Assembly: GCA_964516875.1 (NCBI GenBank)
Contig: CAZFAO010000007.1
Location: 1,464 to 65,463 of the forward strand
DNA: 64,000 nucleotides
From: an uncultured Burkholderiales bacterium
GTDB taxonomy: Bacteria > Actinomycetota > Acidimicrobiia > IMCC26256 > JAGPDB01
Reading direction: 5' to 3'
The position numbers and the translations under genes are program-made. Under the pieces are notes generated by a model. It was not told the DNA's origin and ran no database searches. It worked only from the letters and a program-made list of their open reading frames with translations. Positions 17,529 through 26,813 of this stretch are shown one piece after another. Position 1 is the stretch's first letter, and each line of letters opens with the position of its first letter.

Positions 17529-17576
17529 AGAGCGAAGCGAAGGATCTCAATATAAAAAGGAAGAACGGACCTCCTT

Positions 17577-17810
17577 ATGAAAAAATTTCAATCGTTGATG
17601 CCCCCATTTTTGCCCGATGATTGTGAAGTCCGACATATCCAACCCTACCAAGCAGACAAAGAATATTTATGCCCGTTTTGCAACAACACTATTGCTGTCG
17701 GTTTAGGACACGAAGTTGTCGTCCCTCGAGAATCTGTTGACGATCGACGACATTTTCATTCGGGATGTTGGACAAAATATGTCCGCGCGTGCGAAAACGC
17801 AGGACACTAA
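17577..17810 (+). CDS. Small zinc-ribbon-like hypothetical protein
   Basis: 77 aa with CPFC...HFHSGC. A good SD is present. Its stop overlaps the yraN stop by 4 nt (convergent genes). Confidence 0.5.
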   Translation: MKKFQSLMPPFLPDDCEVRHIQPYQADKEYLCPFCNNTIAVGLGHEVVVPRESVDDRRHFHSGCWTKYVRACENAGH

Positions 17811-18199
17811 ACCTCAATATTGTTGAACACTCTGATTGTTGGAACACTCCGTGAGTAATCGATCGATGCCACATCGAGATGCCAACTCGTCTTGTGTCGA
17901 TCAATGTTTTCCCTTAACCAAGCCATTGCACAATTCCGCATTCGAACCCGCTTTTTATAATCCACGGCCTCGTACCCCTGACCAGCATACGAACTCGATC
18001 GTGTTTTAACTTCAACAAATACGTATTCGGTGATGTCTCCAACAACACGAGCGGCAATTACATCAATCTCGCCCACACGAGAGATGGTGACATTTCGATC
18101 GACAATTACATACCCGTGGTCAATGTAATACTGGCACGCAATATCTTCACCACGGTCGCCGAGTTCTCGGCGCGAAGTTTTAGGCATAACAAATCCCAT
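17807..18199 (-). CDS. yraN: YraN-family (UPF0102) endonuclease-like protein
   Basis: 130 aa with GDRGEDIACQYY...GYVIVDRN......GEIDVIA......VFVEVKTR, the YraN pattern. Confidence 0.8.
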   Translation of the reverse strand: MGFVMPKTSRRELGDRGEDIACQYYIDHGYVIVDRNVTISRVGEIDVIAARVVGDITEYVFVEVKTRSSSYAGQGYEAVDYKKRVRMRNCAMAWLRENIDRHKTSWHLDVASIDYSRSVPTIRVFNNIEV

Positions 18200-18256
18200 C
18201 AGAAAATGAAGGGAAGATAGTGTCAGATTAGATCAGTGAGTTGATCGGTGCAAGAA

Positions 18257-18577
18257 TTATTCTTCGTCGTCAGGAAAATCAGGAATCATATCTTTTCCTG
18301 CGATTTCTTCAATATTGACATCGCGGAAAGTTACAACTTTGACATTGGAAAGGAATCGTGCAGAACGGTAGAGATCCCATACCCACGCGTCGGTGAGAGT
18401 CAGCTCAAAGTAGGTGCGGCCGTCTTCGTTCTTTACGACGTTCTCGACACCATTGGCGAGATAAAAGCGACGTTCAGTTTCCACCACGTAGTTAAACATG
18501 GGGAGAACATCCCTGTATTCCTTATATAGGGCTAATTCAAGTTCCGTCTCGTATCGTTCAAGGTCTTCAGCGCTCAT
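18257..18577 (-). CDS. DUF2469 family protein (actinobacterial signature)
   Basis: 106 aa. MSAEDLERYETELELALYKEYRDVLPMFNYVVETERRFYLAN matches what I remember of DUF2469. Confidence 0.7.
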   Translation of the reverse strand: MSAEDLERYETELELALYKEYRDVLPMFNYVVETERRFYLANGVENVVKNEDGRTYFELTLTDAWVWDLYRSARFLSNVKVVTFRDVNIEEIAGKDMIPDFPDDEE

Positions 18578-18590
18578 ACCTTAAATCTCG

Positions 18591-18938
18591 TCAGACGTCG
18601 CGCTTCTCTTTAATCTTTGCGGATTTACCAACGCGATCCCGCAGGTAATAGAGCTTGGCGCGGCGGACGTCACCACGTTGGGCAACTTCAATTTTCGCAA
18701 TAATAGGCGAATGCAGAGGAAAGGTACGTTCTACCCCAACAGAGAAGGAAACTTTACGGACAGTAAAAGTTTCACGCACTCCACCACCTTGACGACGCGT
18801 AACGGCACCCTCGAAAATCTGGATACGCTCGCGAGTACCTTCGACGACGCGAACGTGTACTTTTACGGTGTCACCAGGTGAGAACTCAGGGAGATCCTTC
18901 TTGAGTGACTCGCGGTCTAAGAAATCGGTCGCTTGCAT
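18591..18938 (-). CDS. rplS: 50S ribosomal protein L19
   Basis: 115 aa with [46 protein letters not shown]. Confidence 0.95.
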   Translation of the reverse strand: MQATDFLDRESLKKDLPEFSPGDTVKVHVRVVEGTRERIQIFEGAVTRRQGGGVRETFTVRKVSFSVGVERTFPLHSPIIAKIEVAQRGDVRRAKLYYLRDRVGKSAKIKEKRDV

Positions 18939-19079
18939 GATTGCTCCAGCTTTTCAGTGTTCGTTGAGATAAATCGTTGTTTTCGCAGGTCAATTCGTGA
19001 TTCTGCGAGAGGGATACATCTTAGACGATGGTCCGTTCCACCACCAAGCTCGGGCTCAGTTCCGTCATTCAAATGATAG

Positions 19080-19760
19080 CTACAGCAGGTCCGATCGGTT
19101 TTCTTGCGTTTTACGGCGGCTTTCCTCGCGTCGCCATTTCTCAATTGCACCGTGATCACCCGAAAGCAATACGTCGGGCACATCAAAACCTCGAAAGCTC
19201 GACGGTCTTGTGTACTGAGGGGCTTCTAAAATTGCATCGTCTGAATCGGTGGAAAAACTTTCCGTCACATGTGACTCATCGTTGCCCATCACTCCCGGAA
19301 CTAATCTCGTCACTGCTTCAATCATGATAAGTGCTGCTGCTTCACCGCCTGCCAAAACAAAATCGCCGACACATATTTCACCGTCAGCCAAGTGATCCGC
19401 CACACGTTGATCGACCCCTTCGTATCGTCCACAAATAAGAGAGAAGCCATCACCGCGACTGAGTTCGTATGCTTTTTTCTGAGTGAACTTTTCTCCAGAT
19501 GCACTGAGCACAAACAATGGACGTTGAGGTTTCACATCCTCGACAGCATCAAAAAGAGGTTCGGGCATCATCACCATTCCCGCTCCCCCGCCATAGGGTT
19601 GATCGTCGACACTTCGGTGCACATCTCGTGTGTAGTTGCGAATGTCATGCGTCGTTACCGAAACCAGATGTGATTCTTGTGCTTTCCCTAACAGCGCGAG
19701 CGAACTTGGTCCGTCAATATATTCTGGAAACAGCGTAAAGACATCAATAGAAAAACTCAC
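19080..19760 (-). CDS. trmD: tRNA (guanine37-N1)-methyltransferase
   Basis: 226 aa with IDVFTLFPEY......HDIRNYT.D.H..VDD.PYGGGAGMVM and GRYEGVDQRV. Confidence 0.95.
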   Translation of the reverse strand: MSFSIDVFTLFPEYIDGPSSLALLGKAQESHLVSVTTHDIRNYTRDVHRSVDDQPYGGGAGMVMMPEPLFDAVEDVKPQRPLFVLSASGEKFTQKKAYELSRGDGFSLICGRYEGVDQRVADHLADGEICVGDFVLAGGEAAALIMIEAVTRLVPGVMGNDESHVTESFSTDSDDAILEAPQYTRPSSFRGFDVPDVLLSGDHGAIEKWRREESRRKTQENRSDLL

Positions 19761-20272
19761 GAGAAATCCTTATCGTTGACGTCGAATAAACCTTCCGGCG
19801 CATCGAGATAAACATTATTCTCATCAACACGAGAAATGAAACGAAATGGAATAAGCACGCCATCGTCAGTTTCGAGCAAATCACTGGCAGCATTAGGAAT
19901 ATATTTCACTGCTTTCCCGCGCGAGGCACCATCTTGATCGATCAAAGTTTTTCCCACGCAATCATGGACAAAAAATTCGCCTTCTTCTAACAAGTCTTGA
20001 TCAAGTGGCTCACCATAAACGATGGCGTTAACGAGGCCTTCAACATCTTCACGTCGAGAATGACCTTCAAAGAGAACGACATAGTGATCTTTCTGCCAGC
20101 GTATTTTCTCAACTGTCAGCACACTGCCGTCGTCAAGAAAATATTGCGAACTCGCAACGAAACGTTCGTCAACATTAGAAATAGGCCAGAGAGAAATCTC
20201 ACCTTTGAGCCCAACAACTTTTCCACACTTTGCAATGCGAAGATAATTATCAGGTAATTGAAAATCGCCCAT
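19757..20272 (-). CDS. rimM: 16S rRNA processing protein RimM
   Basis: The ORF extends to 20344, but M25 (MGDFQLPDNYLRIAKCGKVVGLKGEISLWP) gives the canonical RimM N-terminus and removes the overlap with the upstream KH gene. Confidence 0.85.
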   Translation of the reverse strand: MGDFQLPDNYLRIAKCGKVVGLKGEISLWPISNVDERFVASSQYFLDDGSVLTVEKIRWQKDHYVVLFEGHSRREDVEGLVNAIVYGEPLDQDLLEEGEFFVHDCVGKTLIDQDGASRGKAVKYIPNAASDLLETDDGVLIPFRFISRVDENNVYLDAPEGLFDVNDKDFS

Positions 20273-20291
20273 GGAATGAGGCGTCGCTGTT

Positions 20292-20687
20292 TTAGTCGTC
20301 GTAATCGTTGTTCGAACGAGAACGAGGAGGACGGTTAGGGTCAATCACTTCAACACCGATGTTGACATCTTCCACCGAACCAATAGCGCGTGCAATGCGA
20401 CGCATTGCTTGAACAACACGACCCTTCTTGCCAATCACGCGACCGATTTCATCAGGATCAGCATGAACGTGAAGCTCAATCGAGTTATCGCCCGTTTCTA
20501 CAACTTCGACTTCAGCGTTGTCTTTGTTATCAACAAGCGACAAAACAATGTGCTCGATAACAGCTGCCGCACGGTCACCAGGAAGGTCGTCGTCAACATT
20601 GTCGAGTTTAGGAAGAACAATCTTGGGAGTTGATTCTTCTTGTACTTCTTCGTTTTTTTCTTCTTCAAGAGTTTCGGTGTCGCTCAT
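20292..20687 (-). CDS. KH-domain RNA-binding protein (YlqC-like) with an acidic N-terminal extension
   Basis: 131 aa. GRVIGKKGRVVQAMRRIARAIG is a KH GXXG motif. The position between rpsP and rimM is conserved. Confidence 0.8.
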   Translation of the reverse strand: MSDTETLEEEKNEEVQEESTPKIVLPKLDNVDDDLPGDRAAAVIEHIVLSLVDNKDNAEVEVVETGDNSIELHVHADPDEIGRVIGKKGRVVQAMRRIARAIGSVEDVNIGVEVIDPNRPPRSRSNNDYDD

Positions 20688-21133
20688 TATTCGCTCTCTG
20701 TAGTTTCAGTAGATTCTGTTTCGGGTGCTACTTCTGCTGCTTCTTCTGCAACAGCCGCTGGTGCTTCTGGCTCTGCGGGTGCTTTCTTTGCACTATGAGC
20801 AGCTTGTGAAATTTTTTGTCCAGCTTCAAGCGCCTTTGTTCGGGCAGCAGCTTTTTCAAGTGATTTCTTCGGGCGAGTTTTTTCGTACTGCTCCCAAATA
20901 CCGGATGCTTTGAGAATTTTTTGAACGGTTTCAGAAGGCTGTGCACCTTCAGACAACCAGTACAAGGCACGGTCATCTTTAATATTGATCATCGATGGGT
21001 TTTCAAGCGGTTGATACTGGCCGATGATTTCAATGAAACGACCATCACGAGGTGCGCGCTCATCAGCGACAACAACACGGTACATCGGGTTCTTTTTCTT
21101 ACCCACGCGAGTTAAGCGAAGTTTTACAGACAC
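20687..21133 (-). CDS. rpsP: 30S ribosomal protein S16 (with Ala/Pro/Glu-rich C-terminal extension)
   Basis: 148 aa starting MSVKLRLTRVGKKKNPMYRVVVADERAPRDGRFIE. Confidence 0.95.
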   Translation of the reverse strand: MSVKLRLTRVGKKKNPMYRVVVADERAPRDGRFIEIIGQYQPLENPSMINIKDDRALYWLSEGAQPSETVQKILKASGIWEQYEKTRPKKSLEKAAARTKALEAGQKISQAAHSAKKAPAEPEAPAAVAEEAAEVAPETESTETTESE

Positions 21134-21211
21134 AAAAGTTTCCTCTCAGGATACGTCAATATTAGGAACAAGAAATACTAGTTCACCAGGCCCTCGACGG
21201 TCGAACCGACG

Positions 21212-22660
21212 CTACTTGCCCGGGAACTGAGGTGGCGGAGGAAGTAATGATTCCATATCGCCAAATGCACCAGGGTTTTTCTTCATTTCCTTTTGCATGG
21301 CCATGGCGCTTCTCATCATTCCTGTCTTCGATGGTTTCTTGCCTTTTTTGCCCTTGCCCTTTTTACCCGTTCCCATCGCATCACCCATCATGCCCTTCAT
21401 CATGGTGCGCATTTGAGCAAACTGTTTGAGAAGTTGGTTGACTTGGGTTGTCGATGTTCCAGATCCATGGGCGATTCTCGTGCGTCGAGAACCACTCACC
21501 AGGTGTGGTTCGTTTCTCTCTTGCGGAGTCATGGAAAGAATGATGGCTTCGACCTGAGCAATTTGTTTATCATCAATTTCGGCATTCTTCATTTCTTTGG
21601 GCATGCCCGGCATCATTTTCATGAGACCACCGAGTGATCCCATCTTTTGCACCATCTTGAGTTGATCGAGAAAATCTTGAAGCCCAAAATCACCACTGGC
21701 AAGTTTGCGGCCGGCTTCTTCTGCTTGTTCTTCGGTAAATGCTGTCTCCGCTTTTTCGATCAACGTGAGGACATCACCCATCCCCAAGATACGACTCGCC
21801 ATTCGATCGGGATAGAAATCTTCAAAGTCGTCCAGACGCTCACCAGTACCGACGTACATGATGGGAGCACCCGTCACGGACCGCACAGATAACGCTGCAC
21901 CACCACGTGCATCACCATCAATCTTGGTCATGATGACACCCGTAATGCTGATGCGCTCGTTAAATGTTTTCGCAACGTTAACGGCTTCTTGTCCCGTCAT
22001 TGCATCCACAACGAGAAGAGTGTTATCCGGCTTGGAAACATCAGAAATCTTTTCCAATTCCTTCATCAAGTCGTTGTCGATCTGCAAACGTCCTGCCGTA
22101 TCGATGATGATGGTGTCGCGGTTCAGTCGCGCCGCTTCATCGAATGCATTCTTAACAACCTTTTCGGGTTTTTTACCTTCCGAGAAAACAGGAACATCAA
22201 TTTGAGCACCCAGCACACGCAACTGTTCGATTGCAGCTGGACGTGCGAGGTCAGCAGCAACGAGCAGAACATTTTTCCCTTGAGACGTTAAATGTTTTGC
22301 GAGCTTTCCTGCGTGAGTCGTTTTACCCGAACCTTGCAGACCCGCAAGCAAAATGACAGTTGGCGGTTTCGAACTAATTGCAAGCTTGACCGCTTCACCA
22401 CCGAGCAGTTGCGTCAGCTCGTCATTAACAATCTTGATGATTTGCTGCGAAGGAGTTAACGCTGGGCTGGGAACAATTCCGCGGCATGCTGTGGCAATAT
22501 GGTCGACAAAGTCGTTGACCACGTTGATGTTGACGTCAGCGTCGATCAGCGCACGCTTAATGTCGGCTGATACTTCATCGATATCAGCATTGCTGATACG
22601 TGACGAGGACTTCAGCTTGTCAAAAATACCTTCAAAACGCGAAGAGAGGGAGTCGAACAT
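21212..22660 (-). CDS. ffh: Signal recognition particle protein Ffh
   Basis: 482 aa with N, G (GLQGSGKTT, DTAGR, TKIDGDARGG) and Met-rich M domains. Confidence 0.95.
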   Translation of the reverse strand: MFDSLSSRFEGIFDKLKSSSRISNADIDEVSADIKRALIDADVNINVVNDFVDHIATACRGIVPSPALTPSQQIIKIVNDELTQLLGGEAVKLAISSKPPTVILLAGLQGSGKTTHAGKLAKHLTSQGKNVLLVAADLARPAAIEQLRVLGAQIDVPVFSEGKKPEKVVKNAFDEAARLNRDTIIIDTAGRLQIDNDLMKELEKISDVSKPDNTLLVVDAMTGQEAVNVAKTFNERISITGVIMTKIDGDARGGAALSVRSVTGAPIMYVGTGERLDDFEDFYPDRMASRILGMGDVLTLIEKAETAFTEEQAEEAGRKLASGDFGLQDFLDQLKMVQKMGSLGGLMKMMPGMPKEMKNAEIDDKQIAQVEAIILSMTPQERNEPHLVSGSRRTRIAHGSGTSTTQVNQLLKQFAQMRTMMKGMMGDAMGTGKKGKGKKGKKPSKTGMMRSAMAMQKEMKKNPGAFGDMESLLPPPPQFPGK

Positions 22661-22686
22661 CTCACTAGTTTACTTTTAGGGTTGTT

Positions 22687-22705
22687 CCTTGGAGGAACTC
22701 CAAGG
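22687..22705 (-). other. Short perfect hairpin in the ftsY-ffh intergenic region
   Basis: ccttggag-gaa-ctccaagg forms an 8-bp stem. There is no U-tract and its function is unknown. Confidence 0.3.
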
Positions 22706-22771
22706 TGCGACCCTCCCCTGGGCGGACGAACCGGCAGCAGTCCGTTCAGTTGCGCACAAAAGGAACAACTT

Positions 22772-23809
22772 TTACGAGACGAGGGCGTCCACATATTCCT
22801 TGGGTTCAAAAGGAATAAGGTCATCGGCACCTTCGCCCAACCCCACCCACTTAATAGGCACACCAAGTTCGTGTTCGATGGCCAAAACAATACCGCCCTT
22901 TGCCGAACCGTCGAGCTTGCTCAACACAACACCCGTAATACCCAACGCATCACCAAATTCACGTGCTTGGACCAAACCATTTTGTCCCGTGGTGGCATCA
23001 ATGACGATCAGTACCTCTTTCAGCGCATCTTTTGTACGATCAATCACGCGACGAATTTTTTTGACTTCTTCCATCAGGTTTGATTTTGTGTGCAATCGTC
23101 CAGCAGTATCAACCAAAACAACATCGTATTGTTTAGCGTTAGCCTTTTCCATTCCATCAAAAACAACGGATGCAGGATCTGCACCTTCGCCGCTGCGAAC
23201 AATGTCGGCGCCGGTACGCGTTGCCCACGTCTCGAGTTGATCCGCAGCTGCAGCACGAAAAGTGTCTCCCGCCACCAGTAAGACCGAGCGGTCTTGTTTG
23301 CGATAATGATGCGCGATTTTAGCAATGGATGTTGTTTTCCCCACACCGTTAACACCCACAAACAACCAAACGTTCGATCCCGATGTGATGATTGGTTCAC
23401 GATCACGCGAAAACACACTCAGCAATGTCTCTTTCACGACGTCAAGCGCTTCATCTGTTGAACTTGTCTTGTTCTCATCACACTTTTTCTTGGCTTCGTA
23501 ACATATATATTCTGTTGTTGAAATTCCTACATCAGACAACAAGAGCATTTCCTCGACGCCGATCCAAAAAGATGGATCGATAGTGCTTTTCCCACGCAAG
23601 CGAACAAGAGTTGTTGTAAATGTCGAACGCGTTTTCCCCAAACGATCCTGCATCGATACCGGCAAATGTGTCGTTGATGGCGCAATATTCGATTTTGCCT
23701 TCGATCTCGATGTGCGTCGTGTGAAGACAAAGAATCCAGCAACCAACAACCCAGGAATGACAAGAAGTCCAACATCTTCAATAGCAATGAGTGACAAAAT
23801 TATGAACAT
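22772..23809 (-). CDS. ftsY: SRP receptor FtsY with N-terminal membrane anchor
   Basis: 345 aa with GVNGVGKTT, DTAGR, SKLDGSAKGG and an N-terminal hydrophobic segment. Confidence 0.9.
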   Translation of the reverse strand: MFIILSLIAIEDVGLLVIPGLLVAGFFVFTRRTSRSKAKSNIAPSTTHLPVSMQDRLGKTRSTFTTTLVRLRGKSTIDPSFWIGVEEMLLLSDVGISTTEYICYEAKKKCDENKTSSTDEALDVVKETLLSVFSRDREPIITSGSNVWLFVGVNGVGKTTSIAKIAHHYRKQDRSVLLVAGDTFRAAAADQLETWATRTGADIVRSGEGADPASVVFDGMEKANAKQYDVVLVDTAGRLHTKSNLMEEVKKIRRVIDRTKDALKEVLIVIDATTGQNGLVQAREFGDALGITGVVLSKLDGSAKGGIVLAIEHELGVPIKWVGLGEGADDLIPFEPKEYVDALVS

Positions 23810-23852
23810 AAAATTATTCTTTCAGACCACGTCCATAAATATCTAACGGTAG

Positions 23853-25346
23853 TTACAAGAACGTGCTGATTGCCTTGGATTTCACCTGTTCATATTCGTA
23901 TCCTGCCTCATCGAGAAGTTTTTCGAGTTCTGCAACATTGTGCGCTTCAAAACCAATGAGGACTTGGCCAACGTCTCCGCCTTGACCGCGGTAATGAAAA
24001 AGAGAAATATTGAAACGATTATGAATAGCTTCGAGAAAGTCACGAAGCGCGCCAGGACGTTCGGGAAAGTTAAAAGAGTAAATGCGTTCATGTTCTACAA
24101 CATCGGGTTTTCCGCCCACCATAAAACGGACGTGTTCTTTTGCATATTCGTCGTTGGAAAGATCTGTATATCCAAATTCATATTTTTTTAACCGCTCGAT
24201 AACCTTGGCTTTGTTATCTTCCCCTCCCGTCAGGAGTCCGATAAAAATATCAGCCCGCTCACGTGAGGCTAAACGATACGAAAATTCTGATATCGAAAAG
24301 CCGTGGATGACGTGCTTATAAAGGTTATAAAGCGCACCCGCTTTTTCTGGGAGTGTTATCGCAAAGAGTGATTCTGTCTTTGCACCAATTAACGTTCGCT
24401 CAGCAACAAATTGAAGTCTCTCGAACGTCATGTTCGCGCCAGAATTTATACATACAACCTGCGGCTTTTTCGATTTATGAGCTTTGCCTGCAAAAAACTT
24501 CGTTGCTCCTGCAACGGCCAACGCGCCGGCGGGCTCACAGATCGATCGCGTTTCTTCGAACACTTTTTTAATGGCGGCACAAATTTCGTCATTATTAACA
24601 GTGATGACTTTATCGACATAATTTTTAGCATGAGCAAACGCATGTTTACCCACAGTTTTTACCGCGACACCATCAGCAAAAATACCAACGTGATCGAGCG
24701 TGACAATTTTATTTGCCTTAAGTGATTGCTGCATGGCGTTTGAATCATCAGGTTCAACACCAATAACGATGATGTCTTTGTTTGCGGTTTTTAGAACTTT
24801 GGACATGCCTGCAATAAGTCCTCCCCCACCAACAGGAATGAAAACATGTGTCACATCATTCAAGTCATCGAGAATTTCTTGAGCAATTGTTCCTTGTCCT
24901 TCAATCACTTTCTCATCATCGAAAGGATGCACAAAAGTCATTTTGTCATTCTTCGCAATTTCTAATGCGTGCTCAAAACAATCTGAAACGCTGTCGCCAA
25001 AAAATACAACTTTTGCACCGTACGAGCGAACGGCATCAACTTTGACCGAAGGTGTCGTGGTCGGCATAACAATGGTTGCTTTCAGCTTGAGCTTTTTTGC
25101 AGCAAGAGCAACCCCTTGCGCATGATTACCTGCACTCGCAGCAATGATGCCTGCGTTCTTTTCTTTGTCGCTCAAACTCGCAATTTTGTTATACGATCCG
25201 CGCAACTTAAACGAGTGAACTTCTTGCAAGTCTTCTCGCTTGAGGTAAACATCACATCCCAATAGAGATGACAGCTTCTTGGCTCGCTCAAGGGGTGATT
25301 TAATCGCGACGTCGTAAACAACGCTTAGCTCATTAGTTGTTGGCAT
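23853..25346 (-). CDS. ilvA: Biosynthetic threonine ammonia-lyase (long form with C-terminal regulatory domains)
   Basis: 497 aa with YLKREDLQEVHSFKLRGSYN (PLP Lys) and AASAGNHAQGVA, plus a ~170-aa regulatory tail. Confidence 0.9.
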   Translation of the reverse strand: MPTTNELSVVYDVAIKSPLERAKKLSSLLGCDVYLKREDLQEVHSFKLRGSYNKIASLSDKEKNAGIIAASAGNHAQGVALAAKKLKLKATIVMPTTTPSVKVDAVRSYGAKVVFFGDSVSDCFEHALEIAKNDKMTFVHPFDDEKVIEGQGTIAQEILDDLNDVTHVFIPVGGGGLIAGMSKVLKTANKDIIVIGVEPDDSNAMQQSLKANKIVTLDHVGIFADGVAVKTVGKHAFAHAKNYVDKVITVNNDEICAAIKKVFEETRSICEPAGALAVAGATKFFAGKAHKSKKPQVVCINSGANMTFERLQFVAERTLIGAKTESLFAITLPEKAGALYNLYKHVIHGFSISEFSYRLASRERADIFIGLLTGGEDNKAKVIERLKKYEFGYTDLSNDEYAKEHVRFMVGGKPDVVEHERIYSFNFPERPGALRDFLEAIHNRFNISLFHYRGQGGDVGQVLIGFEAHNVAELEKLLDEAGYEYEQVKSKAISTFL

Positions 25347-25354
25347 GACAGTTA

Positions 25355-25717
25355 TTAAATTTCTGCAATCGCTTCTATTTCAACGATGAGATCGACATCA
25401 GCTACACGCGGCAACTCCTTGACGGCAATACACGTACGTGCTGGGTACGGTTCAGAAAAATACGAAGCATAGACATCGTTGAACTTTGCATAATCACCCA
25501 TGTCTGTCAGATAGACAGTTGTTTTGATGACTCCCGCTAACGATGCACCCCCATTCTCAAGGTGTTCAGAAAGATTTTTCATTGCTTGATGAGTCTGATC
25601 TTCAATACTGGGTTTTGCGTGTCCGGTTTCCGGGTCACGACCGATTTGACCAGCAGAGAATAAGAGGTTTCCTGAACGACGAGTGGGACTATAAGGAAGA
25701 GGTGCAGGTTGATTCAT
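25355..25717 (-). CDS. ridA: RidA/YjgF-family reactive-intermediate deaminase
   Basis: 120 aa with the ...YLTDMGDYAKFNDVYASYF....PARTCIAVKELP......EIEAIA pattern. It lies directly downstream of ilvA. Confidence 0.85.
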   Translation of the reverse strand: MNQPAPLPYSPTRRSGNLLFSAGQIGRDPETGHAKPSIEDQTHQAMKNLSEHLENGGASLAGVIKTTVYLTDMGDYAKFNDVYASYFSEPYPARTCIAVKELPRVADVDLIVEIEAIAEI

Positions 25718-25766
25718 GAGAGTTCATACTAGTACTGAGTTCCCCATCTGTGACAATGTACATGAC

Positions 25767-26813
25767 CTATTGCTGCGGTCGAGGGTTCGCGTTTGTTCCC
25801 ATTGCATCTCGATATGACCCAGGCGGCGTTGGTGGAGGAAGTTCGATACCGCGCTCATCAAAGGCAATTTTGATTCTGGCTCTCAGCTCGCGAGCAATTT
25901 TCCATTGCGATGCAGGGGTCGTCTTGATGATGACCCGAATCACAATGCGATCTGTTCCGATCTCCTCGACGCCGAGCACTTCTGGTTCATCAATGATCTC
26001 TGTCGAATGATTGACGTCCGCTGCAAGCTCATCGGCTGTTTCTTTAATAACGACTTGTGCATAATCAATGTCGGTATCAAGAGCAACACCAATGTCGAGC
26101 AAAGCCCGTCCCCACTGTTGAGATTTATTTCCTGCGCGCTGAATCACACCGTTGGGAATATGCCAGACCACACCATATTGATCTCGAAGTCGTGTAGCTC
26201 GAAGAGTCACTTGTTCGACCGTCCCCGATGCTTCACCAGCGTCGATCACATCACCAACACCATACCAATCTTCGATGATGATAAAAATTCCCGAAAGGAA
26301 ATCTTTGATCATGCTTTGTGCGCCAAAACCAACAACGATTCCAATCAATCCTGCACCTGCAAAAATTGGTGCAAGTTTCACGTTATAGGTACTTAAAATC
26401 ATCAACGTAGCTGTCAAGACAATGGCGAATGTCGCTACTCCGCGCAGCGCAGAGCCAATTGTGTGTGCACGCTGCACTGTTCTATACGTCGGATTTTCCG
26501 ACGTTTCCAAACGGGCAAGACCTGTACGCTTTTTAAATGTTCTCAGTCGTGCGCGCGATGATTCTTTGGCCAAGTTTTTTACAGAACGGCGAATAAAAAA
26601 GCGAACAATCCGGTTTGCGATATAGGCAACGACGATAATAAGAAGCACACGCGAAGGTTTGGATAATGTGTCCGCAACATCTGCTGCGTACTGTGAGTGC
26701 GTTGCATCGTACACAACCGTACATAATCCTGAGCGTTTATCTTCTTCACCACATGCATCTTGCAGTTCTTGTGCGTCTGATGCATTGAGTGCAGCGAGAA
26801 ATGCAGCGATCAT
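25767..26813 (-). CDS. MscS-family mechanosensitive channel
   Basis: 348 aa with TM helices followed by GFGAQSMIKDFLSGIFIIIEDWYGVGDVI......GTVEQVTLRATRLR. Confidence 0.8.
   Translation of the reverse strand: MIAAFLAALNASDAQELQDACGEEDKRSGLCTVVYDATHSQYAADVADTLSKPSRVLLIIVVAYIANRIVRFFIRRSVKNLAKESSRARLRTFKKRTGLARLETSENPTYRTVQRAHTIGSALRGVATFAIVLTATLMILSTYNVKLAPIFAGAGLIGIVVGFGAQSMIKDFLSGIFIIIEDWYGVGDVIDAGEASGTVEQVTLRATRLRDQYGVVWHIPNGVIQRAGNKSQQWGRALLDIGVALDTDIDYAQVVIKETADELAADVNHSTEIIDEPEVLGVEEIGTDRIVIRVIIKTTPASQWKIARELRARIKIAFDERGIELPPPTPPGSYRDAMGTNANPRPQQ

Noticed and set aside
18939-19079. A possible ribosomal-protein L19 leader RNA upstream of rplS.
   Set aside because: I found no convincing conserved stem. 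The known L19 leader is a Firmicutes motif that I cannot verify from memory.
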